NCBI RefSeq assembly: GCF_030028105.1
Contig: NC_092379.1
Span: forward strand, 47,416,150 to 47,480,149
Origin: Mobula birostris
Taxonomy: Eukaryota
Direction: 5' to 3'
Length of the DNA stretch: 64,000 nt
This document shows, piece by piece, positions 51,301-64,000 of the stretch. The position numbers and the translations under genes are program-made. Below the pieces are notes generated by a model, which did not search any database, was not told where the DNA came from, and saw nothing but the letters and a program-made list of their open reading frames with translations. Every line of letters starts with the position of its first letter. Within the stretch, counting starts at the first letter, position 1.

Positions 51301-52152
51301 CATCTGTAAATGTGTATATATTGTTTGTAAACTGCATTTAGGATAGATACCTCTGTTTATTTTGCATTATGATTGTAACTACATCGTGGGGTGCAACATA
51401 TTCCAATGCAACTGATGCCAGCAGGATTATGTGGACAAGACTGGACATAGCTACATAACTGCAATAAAAAAAACAAAGCAAGGTAAGCATGCAAAAGGAT
51501 AAATATGCATAACAATGCGCTATAGAAGGTTACAAAACAGAAATCCTTAACCCTTCCACAATCTCAACAAAATAAAGAGATTATTATGCACTTCAGGAAA
51601 ACCGGGAACACTCACAACCCTCTTCGGCTCATTGGTTTGCAGCAAGTACAAGTGAATTGCTGCTTTTCTTGGAAGGGATGTTCATATGGCTAGGTGGTGG
51701 GCAGGAGCTCTTTTGGCCGAACGCTTGCTGAAAAATGGAGAGTGCGAAGGATGAACTACTGAAACAAAATGCTGGTGAGGTAGAAAATGAGGACACGATG
51801 AGATGAATGACAGCAAGGATAGCGGTAGTAGAAGAGCCGCAGTCAAGTGCTCTGTCTACCAGGACAGAGAGGACTCCCTGCAAAACGAAGAAGGAAAAAC
51901 TTCTGGGAAGTGCCTCCTTGTAAAGCCTCATCACTGGTATATACACCATAGAGTGGTAGGAAGTGAGGAGCGTGGAATTATTGCCTACACGGGGCAGGGT
52001 GGGAAAAGGTATAGTCGAGATAACTGTAGGAACCAGCACTGGCTGCTTGTCATTTCTTTTGTCAAATATACTAAGTCACGGACCTGAACTTCAGGATTTG
52101 TGCTGTAATGTTTTTCTGATTGTAGAGAAGCGAAAGAAAACGCCTACACACG

Positions 52153-52208
52153 TGTAATGTATGGATCTATTTCTTTTAGAGCAATGAGTTCCCTCCCATC
52201 CCCCCCCC

Positions 52209-52245
<37 letters not shown>

Positions 52246-54645
52246 CATTAGTATTACTTATTGATCTGTGCCAGCTCATGCACTGTTGTCAACGGATGAG
52301 CATTGTTTTCTCTCTCACAGCAATGTGAATACACCAGTTAAAACCATTTCCCGCGTGCTTGCTTTTATTAATCGATATGTAGCTGTGCACAGACAGAACA
52401 GGTAGGCGTCGCGTACGAACCTGAATGTCATAAAATCTCACGCACACACCGATATTTACGGGATGAAACAGCGTGAGTTAAACAGCTCGAGAAAGGCGAA
52501 GGAACGCGTGAGCAAGAGTGAAAGACGCGCTAAGCTTAAAGTTCAAATAACGTGGCGATGGCTTCAGTCGGGGAAGTTAATGTCATAAAGGGGGCGCTGG
52601 GAGCGGACCCAAATGCAAGACACAGACACTGAAGTACTAGGGACAGGACTTAACTAGAGAGCTGGGACTAGAACACAGGTTTGGACTGAGACATTGGCTA
52701 GGCAAGCAGGACCAGGACAAGGAACTGAGAACTAGGAGCCTGGACTTGGACTCCGAGCCGGAGACTGGACAAGGACCCAGAACCTGGGTCTTGACTCGGG
52801 CTCGGACTCCGGAGCTAGGCGAGGACATGACGTGGATACAGGACTGGACATGGTTTGGGTTCTTCATGGCTTGGGTTCTTCGGGGCGAGGATATGACGAG
52901 GCTTGGGTTCTTCGAGGCGAGGATATGACGAGGCTTGGGTTCGCACTCCGAGCCAGAGACTGGACAAGGACCCAGAACCTGCGTCTTGACTCGGGCTCGG
53001 ACTCCGGAACTAGGCGAAGTCATGAAGTGTCTTGCGAGACAGGACTAGGCGAAGCTGCAGGACAGAACGAAAGACTCCTGGGCAAGACGAAGGAACTCCA
53101 GTACAGGATGATGCACATGGGCGGGACGAGGCACATGGGCAGGACGAGAACACGAAGCCTTGACTTAGTATTCAGAAACAGCCGAGCCTTGGACTTGGGA
53201 AGACAGGAACGCAGAGCCTTGGTCTACAGCGCGAGAAAACGGAGCCTTGGACTTGAGAGACAGGAACATAGAGACATGGAACACAGACCCGGGACCCCTC
53301 CTTGACAACAGGACTTGGGGCCGGGGCTCTACACAGAATGCTGAACACGACGAGACGGTTCTCAACACTAGGTAGCAGCAAACGGCCAGACCTACCTAGC
53401 GAAGGCGTGGACACAGAGACGGTTCCGAACACAAGGTAGCGGCAAACGGCCGGACGTACATAGCGAAGCGTGGACATAGACACAGTTCCAAACAACGAAA
53501 GACAGTTCCTTATCTTGACACAGCAAGGATCCGGTCTCCCTCCGGTGGTAGAACTTGACAAGGTTGCAAGGCAAGGCTCCAGACACAGGTTGCAGGCAGA
53601 GGCTTCAGAAGGAAAGAGAAGGGAACAGTCCAGCAACTGAAGCTGAACCCAGGAGCTGTTTATGTAGCCAGCCCAAAATGGGAATCACGTGCCTCAATTA
53701 AGGCACACAACAGGACAAGGGAAAACTGGAAAACCTGGAATGAGGAACGATGGACCGGACCGTGAACCGGAATGTGGACCTCACGGACCGGACCATGACA
53801 GTTAAAGAATTGGATAGTGCTAATGAAGCCTGGGAGTCGTATATCGAGAAGATTGAACTGTATTGCAACACGAACAACGTGAAGGAGCAAAGGAAAGCCT
53901 AGTAACCGCTGACAAGCCCGCAAGGAAGACGTTCGATGAAATTGTTACAATTTTAGAAAATCACTTGAGTCCTGAACCTCTAGCAATAGCTGAGAGATTT
54001 AGATTTGACTGAAGGAACCAGTCAAAAGATAAAAGCTTTTCTGAATACATTGCTGAACTGCGCAAACTTTCCCAGTGTGTGCCTTTAGAGATGGACTGAG
54101 GGACAGGCTTGTATGTGGCATGCTTAGTCAAAGCACTCAAATGAGGCTTCTGGCAGAAAGAGGCAGTCTGTGATGATGTCACTGTCAGCACCGTGACGCT
54201 GGAAACCGAGAACGTTGTCTCAGACAAGGCTCCTGCCAAACCTGATGCCACTCCACAGGTCCAGAGGCACCATTATGAAAGAAACAGAGCACTACTCAAA
54301 GTCCGAATCTTTAGAACTGTGATATCACTTATGGACTGTCATTGTGAAAGCATGTTTATTTGGACTGTGGATTATGAAGGGAAATTGAATATTTTGTACA
54401 TGTACAGTTTTATTTTGCATTAATCTGAAGGCTGATGAAGTGTAATGTATGGATCTATTTCTTTTAGAGCAATGACTCCCCCCCCCCCCACTTAACGTTA
54501 TGGATATAAATTTTGTTTGAGTTTGCGTTGTTGTCTACGCCATGCGCATTGTTCTCTCTTGTTGCAGTGTGAATACCCCAGTTAAAGCCACCCCCGGCGT
54601 ACGTGTTTTTATTTAATCGGTATGTAGTTGTGCAGAGACACAACA
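52153..54645 (+). mobile_element. Internally deleted Gypsy (Mag-like) LTR element with both LTRs
   Basis: 5' LTR 52153-52400, 3' LTR 54441-54645; ACACG duplication at 52148-52 and 54646-50; gag MASVGEV/KELDSANEAWESYIEKIELYCNTN split by the nested LTR. Confidence 0.88.
52581..53800 (-). mobile_element. 1220-bp solo LTR nested in gag
   Basis: tgtcat...atgaca ends; GTTAA duplication at 52576-80 and 53801-05; internal duplication about 52745-52830 and 52945-53025. Confidence 0.88.
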
Positions 54646-56059
54646 ACACGCTTTCAGGAAGACCGTTGTTTTTTCACTTTAGTATAATGGCCACAATAGT
54701 TGTCATGTTCAACACTCCGGGTGGGTTGGGGGCATCATCAGTCTAATTCTTGGCAACCTGGCGAATCTGAACTAATCTGAATCCTCTCTGACAGAATGTA
54801 TACATATGGTAGACGGGATAACGTGATCCAATTCGCCTTCTGATTGTCCATCCTCAGGACAGTCTTTCGGACGTTATGTCTAATTCCCTAAAATTAGCGT
54901 ACGCTCTTTCTTTTCTTGACTATCGAAGAAATAAATCTTCTACAATTCGTTTAAAAGTACTATTGGTCTGATAATCATGCCAACACAACGACATCATCAG
55001 CGACATTTTACACATGCTTCGTAAATTATGCCATCTCCCAACAGGTATTGATAAATAGCATAATATACGGTGGTTGTGTCATATGTTTTATTCATGAACT
55101 CTTATTTCGTTTCGTGCGCATTTCCCTGTTGCCGGGACCACGTCATTGTTTTCCTGTTGATCAGAGCTGATAAAAGGTGATTCATGAGATATTTCATCTT
55201 TTTCCTTTTCCATAGTTATAGTCTGATGTACTTGCGTTCCGAGCAGTTTCCATTTTTATGTCCCTTGTCTAACATGCATGAAGCAAGATTGCCGAGGAAT
55301 CTACTGCCATAGATGTGATGCAGGAAAGATTCGCCAAGACGGCTCCATGGGAGGATTGATTGCCGAATGGTAAATGGTCTAAGACTCTGCACTTCGTTAC
55401 TTCGAAATATCGGAAGTCACACTGTTATTACAATATTTCATGCACCGCATTAGAGTGTAGCAAAGCGGGTACATTGTCCTGAACCTTTGTAATACACTTC
55501 TTAGGCTCACCTGGGGTATAGCATAACTTACTGCCCACGACAATACAGAAACCATATAGGTAGGATTTCAAAATGCATTATTACAATAGCACCAGAGAGG
55601 AAGGATGTTAACTATGACTAACTGAAAAAGCTGTAGTTAACTGGCCTGGAATATGACCGACTGATTCGGTTGACGCAACAACAGTTGACTGGGTTTAATG
55701 CTACAAAACTCAGGTGTAAGAGTTTTATAACGACAGCCAAAACTGAAACGTATGGTTAAAACAAAATTCGCCCTCGGAGAGTAACTATAATCAGGAACCT
55801 TATACTTCTGGCGTTATTGGAAAGTGTAATTTGGTGGACACCGGAGTTAAGTAATTAAAAGCCAATTGGGAAATCGCAAAACAGTAGAAAAGACATGATT
55901 GCAGACTAGGGTGAGCTTCATGATTCAAATGTTCAATGGACATATTTCTAACATCAGTGAAAAGATAATCATGCGAGTTGAAGAGCGCCAATTATTTATC
56001 GTCCATTTATCGGCAGAGACCAATTTATTACAGAATAGCAGGTCGAACGATGACAGGTT

Positions 56060-57003
56060 TTAAACTAGCGAGTAACTGTACCTGCAGCTTGCTGCACCTT
56101 CATCTAACGTAGCAATTCGATCCCAGAAATATAGTGCTGCATTTTTCATCTCCTCTCTAAGTTTATTCTGAGTCACCACATAAATACGGGTGTTAGTGCA
56201 AGAGCTCAGCAGCTGAAGCATGTTTCCAACTTCCTGGCGAATGAACCTGGGGTCATTGAAATTGGAACCACTGAAATATGGTTCATGTGAAATTTCGATG
56301 CTGAGGAAATCTACAACATAGGTCATCCACAAAAGGATAAAACTGCCGGAGATCAGGAAGAGTAAAATGATAGACTTTCTCCGACTCTCCATGTCTGGAT
56401 CGCTCTTTTTATCTCTATTACTCTGGTACCTGATGTTCCTGCGGGCTCTGCTAGCCACAAGAATGTGCCTCGCCGTTATCACATTGCAGAGTATAATTAA
56501 GACAAACGGCAGCCCTGGGTTTAAAATCCGTGCAAACCAATCATACAATGTCCACGCCAGTGATGTGCTGTAGATTAATTTTCTGGTACAAAACCAGGGC
56601 TTATTGTCAATTATGTACAGCGGCTCGTAGATGAAGTACCATAGGACGCTTTTCAAACAGCTCAACACACAGATTACCCCAATGACAAATGCCGCCTTTC
56701 TCTCGGTGCAATATTTTGTTTTCAACTTCTGGCAACAAATGGCCACGAATCGATCAAAGGTAAAAGCGACTGTCAACCAGACCGAACTCTCGATGACTGC
56801 ATAGATTATCACCGTGCTCAAAGTACAAGACGGAGTCAAGGACATAAAACTAAATGGAAAATAAATGGCAGTAATCCGATTGAATATGACAGTGGAGATA
56901 ACAACCAACAGATCCGTCACCGCCATGGACACCAAGTACCGCGTGATACATCTGGAGAGACCGCATCTTCCTCGGGACAGGATCACAATCGCCAACAAAT
57001 TAA
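56060..57003 (-). CDS. GPR139-like class-A GPCR, exon 2 (TM1-TM7, open frame)
   Basis: ORF 56060..56998, 312 aa, with several hydrophobic helices, AVTDLLV (TM2), FTFDRF (DRY-like), NTRIY (NPxxY-like); acceptor cccag at 57004-08. Confidence 0.93.
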
Positions 57004-58244
57004 CTGGGGTGGGGGGGGGCGGGATATTTTGAAGTTAATATGCTTGTAATGAAATTCCAGAAAAATACATATTCAGTATGACCTCATTCCGTGAAGCATT
57101 TTGTAATCTTCCAGGATAATCATTTATAGATGGAGTGTCAAAAAATAAATGGTAGCTTCCCAGCGTCGTTTCCTCACAAGAGTTCATGACATATTTAGGT
57201 GTATCTCTGAATTCTAGGAGCGTGTGTGGAAAGGAGGCTGGTTATGTGAATATCAGCTTCAAATTTTAACTGCATGCTTTATCTTTGTTCACTCGTACTC
57301 CTCATCACCAAACTCAGAAGCGGGAGGTGCACAAGGCGTATTGTAGAATTCATGTAATGAATTCACCTTTGTAGTGCCCTATGACTCTACAGGCTGTGCC
57401 ACTGGAAGGCAGAGTAAATCTGCTGGCTCAGTGTTAATAGGTGAACTGTACATTCTGCGAACGACTAAAAGGGCAGGAATGCTTGGCGTGCCACAAATAA
57501 CAAGGGGACTGAACGACTTCGATGCATGCACACGAAAGATCGTGGTACTAAATTCTGTTTGGAAAAATAAGGTTGATGTATCAGAAATCTCGCAGGAGAT
57601 TTGAGTTTTAGTCATTTGCAAAATCTTATATCACGGTTAAGTGTTACGGAAGTACGTAAAGTCGACAAATACGGAACACAATAACTCCAGTGATTCAGCC
57701 ACTTATGACGCATGCTTGATATGTTAAACCGTCGGTAAAATTTCGTTTTTTTTTTATGACACTGGAAAGAACATTTAATTTGTTTGTAAAACCGCTGTCA
57801 ATCAAATCTGCAGGTTTCCCAATAGTGGAATGATGACACGTTCTTCACAATGTTTGCCCGGAATATTGAGCCAGTACACAACAAGTACAATGCTATCATG
57901 TTGTTAAAAATAGGGCGACTGGGAACTCTTTCAACAGCCAGAAACAAAGTCACTACAACCTGCGCCCAGAAGATGCAGATTACAGATGACGCTTATTGTG
58001 TATACGTACTTCAAAATTAAATGGTGCCTCCGTTGACTTTGATATTTCTAAATAACTTAAAGGTCTTACCGCAAACATTCATAAAATAGACAACCTATAC
58101 CAAATGGTCACTGCAGCACACCGTGATAAGATAACCAATGGATGGATATCGTATAAACCTTCCAAATCTTCCAGACGTTTATAAATCTTCAATATTCGTT
58201 ATATAAACGGACCCCTGTCAGCTTGACTCTCTCGCGACAAAGGC

Positions 58245-58345
58245 ACCACGGTGGCGTAGTGTTTAACGGGACTCTAGTACAGCTCGGGGCGTCGAAATTT
58301 GGTGTTCAATCCCGGCGTCCACTGTAAGGAGTCGCTGTGCGTCCT
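58245..58345 (+). mobile_element. tRNA-derived SINE head in the GPCR intron
   Basis: ggtggcgtagtg (A-box) ... ggtgttcaatcccgg (B-box). Confidence 0.65.
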
Positions 58346-59066
58346 CCCCGTGAAATGCATAATAAATACAGAAAGATAGCGAGGGGTAGATGCTCATTAC
58401 AATCTTTTGGTCGTATCACATTGTTTGTACCCATATATCAGACAGACCTAAGCACATCACGCCTAATGGTTAGTAGAATAGAGAAACAACGCTTCAAGAA
58501 TGATTTTAAAACATCCCGAAATCCCATAGTCCGCCGAGTAATGGGAATCTCTTGCCCAGGTCCAACTAAACTGATGTGGTGGCTGCAAAATCTACGGATA
58601 TCTCGTATTGCTTCCATCGGGACGCAGAAAGAACGCTCATAATACACCGAAAAATCATCTCCCTCAGAACCCGCTCACCCAAGCACGTATTGCCTATTGA
58701 ATCGTTTTCTAGTTCGGACTATTAACACACTTCAGCTGGTTCAAGCGGGAATAATATGCCGTAGTGCATTATGCACTCTTAGAGGCCTCTGTCTTTGTTA
58801 TTGCTCATTTTGCACCAACACATTTAATAAAAATCTGTTTAACTGTATCTTGGTTTCAGACAACCGGAAGAAAGATTCTAGTCAAATCTATAGACGTTTA
58901 AACTCTTATCTTGAATATTACTGACAAATTCTGAAAATGAACGATTGTTAACTTAAAGAGGCAACAAACACAAGGAGATAGATATGCTGCACTGTTAATT
59001 GTCAATAAAAGAAGTAATACAGTAAACAACGATTTATGCATTTGCTGATGCAGTAGAACGGCTTAC

Positions 59067-59136
59067 CTGGCACGCCGAAAACCGCAAGAATTGTGTAGTA
59101 AATGGCGTATACCAGGCCACTTACCCTGTCGTGCAC
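59067..59136 (-). CDS. GPR139-like GPCR exon 1; GTG at the position of the paralog's ATG
   Basis: GTG CAC...: (V)HDRVSGLVYAIYYTILAVFGVP then phase-1 donor GTAAGC; splices in frame to exon 2 to give 337 aa. Confidence 0.88.
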
Positions 59137-59214
59137 TTTTTCAAAGGAAGCGCTAGTTTCCCCTGAAAATTGTTTGCCACGGAGTTTCTCCGCCAGAGAC
59201 CAATCAGCCTTTCA

Positions 59215-59220
59215 TTTATA
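59215..59220 (-). promoter_or_regulatory. TATA box
   Basis: TATAAA about 80 nt upstream of exon 1; same placement as in the paralog. Confidence 0.5.
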
Positions 59221-59799
59221 TGTTGTGGTAATCCACAGAGAGGCAATTAGTTTCAATGCTGATCCGATTTCTTGAACAAAGCAATTTGGCATTTACTCCC
59301 GGTGATCATATTGTGTTCCTATAATAGGCATGTGACCATGAAGGCGAACCAACCACAGTTCAGTGATGTGGAATTCAATAGACGATTGGATTAACAAGGT
59401 GAGATGGTTCAGTTGAGATTCTCCTGCATCGAGATCATGGCACAAAGTTTCTTTATCTGATCTACTGTTTCAAAGTATTGAGTACACTGGACCACAGCAA
59501 TCCCTACACTGGTCACATTATCCATGTCTCTGTCAACACTGTTAACTTAATTCTATTCCTTTCTGCTTTGCCTTGTATTCGTCCCTCCTCGTACAAGTCG
59601 TTCGTGCTTTCCGACACAACAGTTATCATTTTGAGTGATTTAAGCTATCCCGGTGTTGTGAACTTACCGACGGGGACCCACTGCCAGTATTCCTGCATGC
59701 ATCATTCCCTGGATCTGGCTATTTACATGGCACAGTGGACACTGTTCTTGAAGGCTTCCTTCCAGCAGAAGTAGCCCTTATAATGTGATTTGGATTATC

Positions 59800-60370
59800 A
59801 GACAATCGTTATGGAGTATTGTGAGCATGTTTCGGGCTCCTTATCTAGGAATGTATGAGCTGGCATGGAAATGGTTCAGAGGAAGTTCACCATAATGATC
59901 CCGCAAACGAAATTTTTAACCCTGAGAAATGTTTGATGGCCCTGGCCCTCTGTTCCCTGGAGTTTAGAAACACGACGACGGATCTCATTGAAATCTATCG
60001 AATATTGAAAGGCGTAGATAGAGCTGATGTGGAGAGGACTTTTTCCTCTCGTAGGGAAGTCTAGAACCAGAGGACGCTATCTCAGAGTTAAATACATCGC
60101 TTTAGAACATGGATGAGAATGATTTTCTTTAGCCAGAGGGTTAGTGAATCTGTGAAATTCGTTGCCACGGATGGTTGTGGAGACCAATTCATTGGGAATA
60201 TTTAAGGCGGAGTTTGAAAGGTTGTTGTTTCGTAAGAGCCTCAAAGGTTATGGGGGAAAGGAAGGAGAATGGGTTAGTGAAGGACAATAAATCAGCCATG
60301 ATGGAATGGCGGATCGGACTCGATGGCGCAAATGATTTAATCATACTCCTGTGTCTTATGGTCTAATGGT
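59800..60370 (+). mobile_element. Degenerate CR1 3' fragment
   Basis: DLIEIYRILKGVDRADVER (ORF 59855..60064) and CR1 3' UTR. Confidence 0.75.
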
Positions 60371-61399
60371 CTATAGTCTTTCCAGAGGTAATTGTCAACA
60401 GAATCCCTTTAAAGGAAGGTCCTGCATTTAGAGAATAAACATAGCTGGTGAATTTGCATGATTATGTAATTTACAGGAGAAAAAAAGAGTGGTATATAGA
60501 ATCTCTCGGCAAGAAACTCCTAGACAGAGTACCTTCATCAAGAGATATTATGTGTTAGGTATCATGGGTGAGCTATATGTTCTAATATCATCACCCCAGA
60601 AATGCGAATGAATCCCGAAGGTAGGTTGGTTTGGGCAATGTTCATTTCCATAAGAACTTCTGTGCTTCTCGCGAATATCGCATGTTTCCACCAATGTCTC
60701 TTATGTAGAAATACAATTGATTTTTGAAAGCAATATGCTATTTAGCATGAGGAGCTGATGGAATTATAGGTACTCCTAGACTGTCGGAAGTAAGGGCTAC
60801 TTCCTGCTGGAACAATTCCCAGATTCGTGGGAGAGATGCATACGGGACCAAGAAAACACCTGCGACATATGTGTTTGTTTGTGATGGCAGTGCTAAAAGT
60901 GCTCACCACGCTGTTCCCCTGGAAGCAAAATCATGTCGGTACACTGTGACTGACATCAATCGTCAAAGCGGCAGAACCACCCGAAATCAGAGTTAACAAA
61001 AACTTTAAAAAATAATAATGTTCGTGTAATCAATTCATTGTGCCAAGGTATCTTTTTCTGTCGGTGAAGTCAAAACACTGGAATAGCCCAAATCACTCAT
61101 AAATAAAATTACTTTTTGGAAAGAACGATCGTTTGCAAGGGAAGAGATTAATCAAAGACAGAAAGGAGGAATATACCTCAGTTAACAATCTTGACGGAGA
61201 AATGAACAATTCAGTAGTCTTGTACTGATATGTAAATAAAATGAACAAGATCTGAGTTATGAACAAATGAACAACTCTGAACCAAGGGCAATTATTAGGG
61301 CATCGATTTTGTATGATCTTCTGGCGGTCCATTCGAATCAGGAATGAGAGAGGAGGCTGCACACCGGTCCCGAGTGAAATTTAAAACAAGTGCGTTTGC

Positions 61400-63370
61400 G
61401 GGCTTCTGGCGTTTCCTCGCGGCCGAATCAAATAACGATTCATTGGCAAGCGCAAATAAAATGAAGGCATGGACAAGCAGAGCAGCCATTGTTGGAGTGG
61501 AGAGGCTTTGGCTCATCAGGCTTGGGCGAGGTAAGTATCTGCTAAGTTTTTTCTTCTTCTTCATTCTTTCTCTGTTAGCACATAGTTGGAGAGGTGATAA
61601 TGGCTCCAGGAGCTTGTATTCTTTGTTTGAGATGTGGGAATTCTTGGAGACCTCCAGCCTCTAGGATCTGCGCCAGGTTCGCCGAGCTGCAGCTCTTCAT
61701 AGAACTAGTTAAGGAACTGGAGCTGCAGCTTGATGAACTTCGGCTCATACGGGATACTGATCGATAGGAGCTATCTGGATCGGATCGAGTCCCCAGCATT
61801 CTACGGGGAGGAGGGTTTGCAATCAGAAGTCTCCGTACATATTATCAGCAATAACATAGGTAGGAAAAGAGAGGAGGTCTTGAAGACCGAATTTAGGAAG
61901 CTAGGTAGAAAACTGAAAAACAGGACCTCCAGGGTAGTAATCTCTGGACAGGTGCCTGTGTCACGCGCCAGCGAGGATAAAAATAGAATGATTTGGCAGA
62001 CGAACGTATGGCCGAGGAACTGGTGTAGGGGGTAAGGTTTTAGAGTTCTGGACCATTGGGACCTCTTCTGGGGAAGGTATAACTTGTACAAAAGGGATGA
62101 GTCACACCTGAACTCGAGTGGAACCAATATCCCTGCGGGCTGGTTTGTCAGAGTTGTTGAGGAGAGTCTAAACTAATTTTTCAGGGGGGTGGGAAACTGC
62201 GTGATAGGGCTGAGAATGGGGCATTTGGTATACCAGCAAAGGCAGTGTAAAGAGAGACTCTCAGGCAGGACTGGCAGATAATAGTCAAAGTTGCAGTCAG
62301 TGAAATGAGTTGCAGCATAACGAGGATCAATACAGGAATGAAAGTGCTATACTTGAAGGCACGCAGTATAGGAAATAATGTACATGACCTTGTAGTGCAG
62401 TTAGATATTTGAAGGTGTGAGGTTATGGGTATCAGTGAGTCGTGGCTGAAAGAAGATTATAGTTGGGAGCTTAACACACAAAGATAAACATGGCTTTGGA
62501 AAAGACGGGCAGGTGGGCAGGCGGATAACGTGGCACTGATAGTATAAACTGAAATTAAATCCTCAGAAAGAGGTAACATAGGATCAGAAGATATAGAATC
62601 AATGTAAGGGGAGTTAAGGAACTACAAGTACAAAAAGATACTGATTGGCGTTATATGCAGGCCTTTGGATGGTATCCAAGATGAGATCTACAAATTACAA
62701 CGGGAGATAGAAAATACGTGTCAAAAGGGCAAAGGTAAGATAATAATTGGTTATTTCAATATCTAGGTAGATCCAGGTGGATTAGATTGGTGCTGAATTT
62801 GTATCCCAGGAGACAAAATTTGTAGAATGCCAACGAGATGGAATCTTAGCGCAGCTTGCAATTGAGCCCACTAGGGGATCAGCTATTCAGGATTCTTTGT
62901 TGTGCGTTGAACCGGATTAGATTAGGGAGAAAGTAAACGAACCCTTGTGGGGCAGTGCTGAAAATATGATAGAATTTACCCTGCAGTTTCAGAGGGATAA
63001 GATAAAGTCAGATATGTCAGTATTATACTGGAGTAAAAGATATTAGAGAGGCATGACAGAAGAAGTGCCCAAAGTTAATTGAAGGGGGATACTAGCAGAG
63101 ACGATGGCAGCGCAGCAACGTCGGGAGTTTCTGGGAGCAATTCGGAAACGCAGAGTAGAAGAAGAGGAATTCCATAAGCAGGATGACACAACCGGGGCTG
63201 ACAAGGCAATTCAAAGCCAACATGAAAGCAAAAAGAGGGTATATTAGGAAAAATATTAAGAAGTGAGAGAATTGGGAAGCTTTTAAAACCAATCAGAAGG
63301 CAACTAAAAATCAACAGGGAGAGAAAAGGTGAAAGACGAGGGTAAGCTAGTCAATAATATCAAAGAAGAC
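61400..63370 (+). mobile_element. CR1 LINE 5' portion (ORF1 esterase-like region plus endonuclease), degenerate
   Basis: atggctccaggagcttgtatt start; NNIGRKREEVLKTEFRKLGRKLKNRTSRVVISG (ORF 61730..62035); endonuclease-region motifs to about 63360. Confidence 0.8.
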
Positions 63371-63470
63371 TGTGACAGCGTCCTGAATTACCCCTATGAA
63401 CTGTGCTTTTGAAAAGAGAGAGGGAGTTATTTAAAACCGACATGTTGTTTTGAAAAGAGAGAGAGAAAGG

Positions 63471-63517
<47 letters not shown>

Positions 63518-64000
63518 GAAGACTAACTTTTGGATTGTCACTTTAAGGCACGAGGAGGATCTTTTAGATTTCTGCTGAGTTCGGAGCTCGTAAGTCGCTG
63601 TGGTGACCGAGGGCGGCGTTATTTGATGGACAATCGATTTTATGATTTTTCGGCAGCGTGTTTATACTTCCAAGGACATTTGCCTGCTTGTACATTTCTT
63701 ACACAGACAAAGGAAGGAGGAGTTATTTGAATGACAGTTGGTACTCAGTATGGTGAGATAAATAGGAGGTCAGATGATATAGACCTCAGGCACATATTTT
63801 GGACACTGAATGAGCTTTGTTGTGCCCGCAGAAAAAGTGGGCTTTTGGAGGATCGATCAAGCAGATCGATCAGTGGCTCTTGCAGTGAGAAAAGGGATTG
63901 ACCGGTGAGGAGCTGTCCATATGTCCACCGTTGCCTGGGTTGATAGCTCCACCACAGAAAACCGGTCCCCTTTGTTGAAGTCACGGTCGGTGACTTTTAA
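63371..64000. mobile_element. Probable LTR, running off the window
   Basis: Abrupt tgtgaca start that interrupts the CR1; non-coding; contains (GA)n at 63476-63516. Confidence 0.5.

Noticed and set aside
52637-53636. Several ORFs over 120 aa (52637..53023, 52832..53305, 53172..53636) as host genes
   Set aside because: They lie inside the repetitive GC-rich solo LTR bounded by a TSD and show no domain motifs.
55355-55420. tRNA A-box-like tggtctaagactctgcac
   Set aside because: No B-box or cloverleaf can be built.

Overview
Vertebrate genomic DNA, about two-thirds or more transposon-derived by eye. The repeat mix (CR1, Penelope-like, Rex1/Babar, RTE, Gypsy, Tc1) and the gene families point to a cartilaginous fish, probably a ray (inference). 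Host-gene content is small: (1) three members of a two-exon, GPR139-like class-A GPCR family in different states of decay: one near-intact gene (56060-59136, minus) whose start codon appears to be GTG, one multi-stop pseudogene (29657-30572, minus) and one internally deleted relic (41758-45652, plus); (2) a single T-cell-receptor-type V exon (22923-23193, plus) with a 23-bp-spacer RSS, an unusual Y-C-C motif and no convincing leader, with no D, J or C segment seen in the window. Penelope-like termini carry minimal type-I hammerhead ribozyme motifs, including a 100-bp head-to-head palindrome with one intact-core and one core-mutated ribozyme. Several nested insertions have readable target-site duplications. 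A 79-nt exon-like block recurs at about 2.2 kb and 17.5 kb. No prokaryotic features, CRISPR arrays, rRNA or intact tRNA were seen. Repeat family names come from motif recognition rather than database search, and boundaries of degenerate repeats are approximate.
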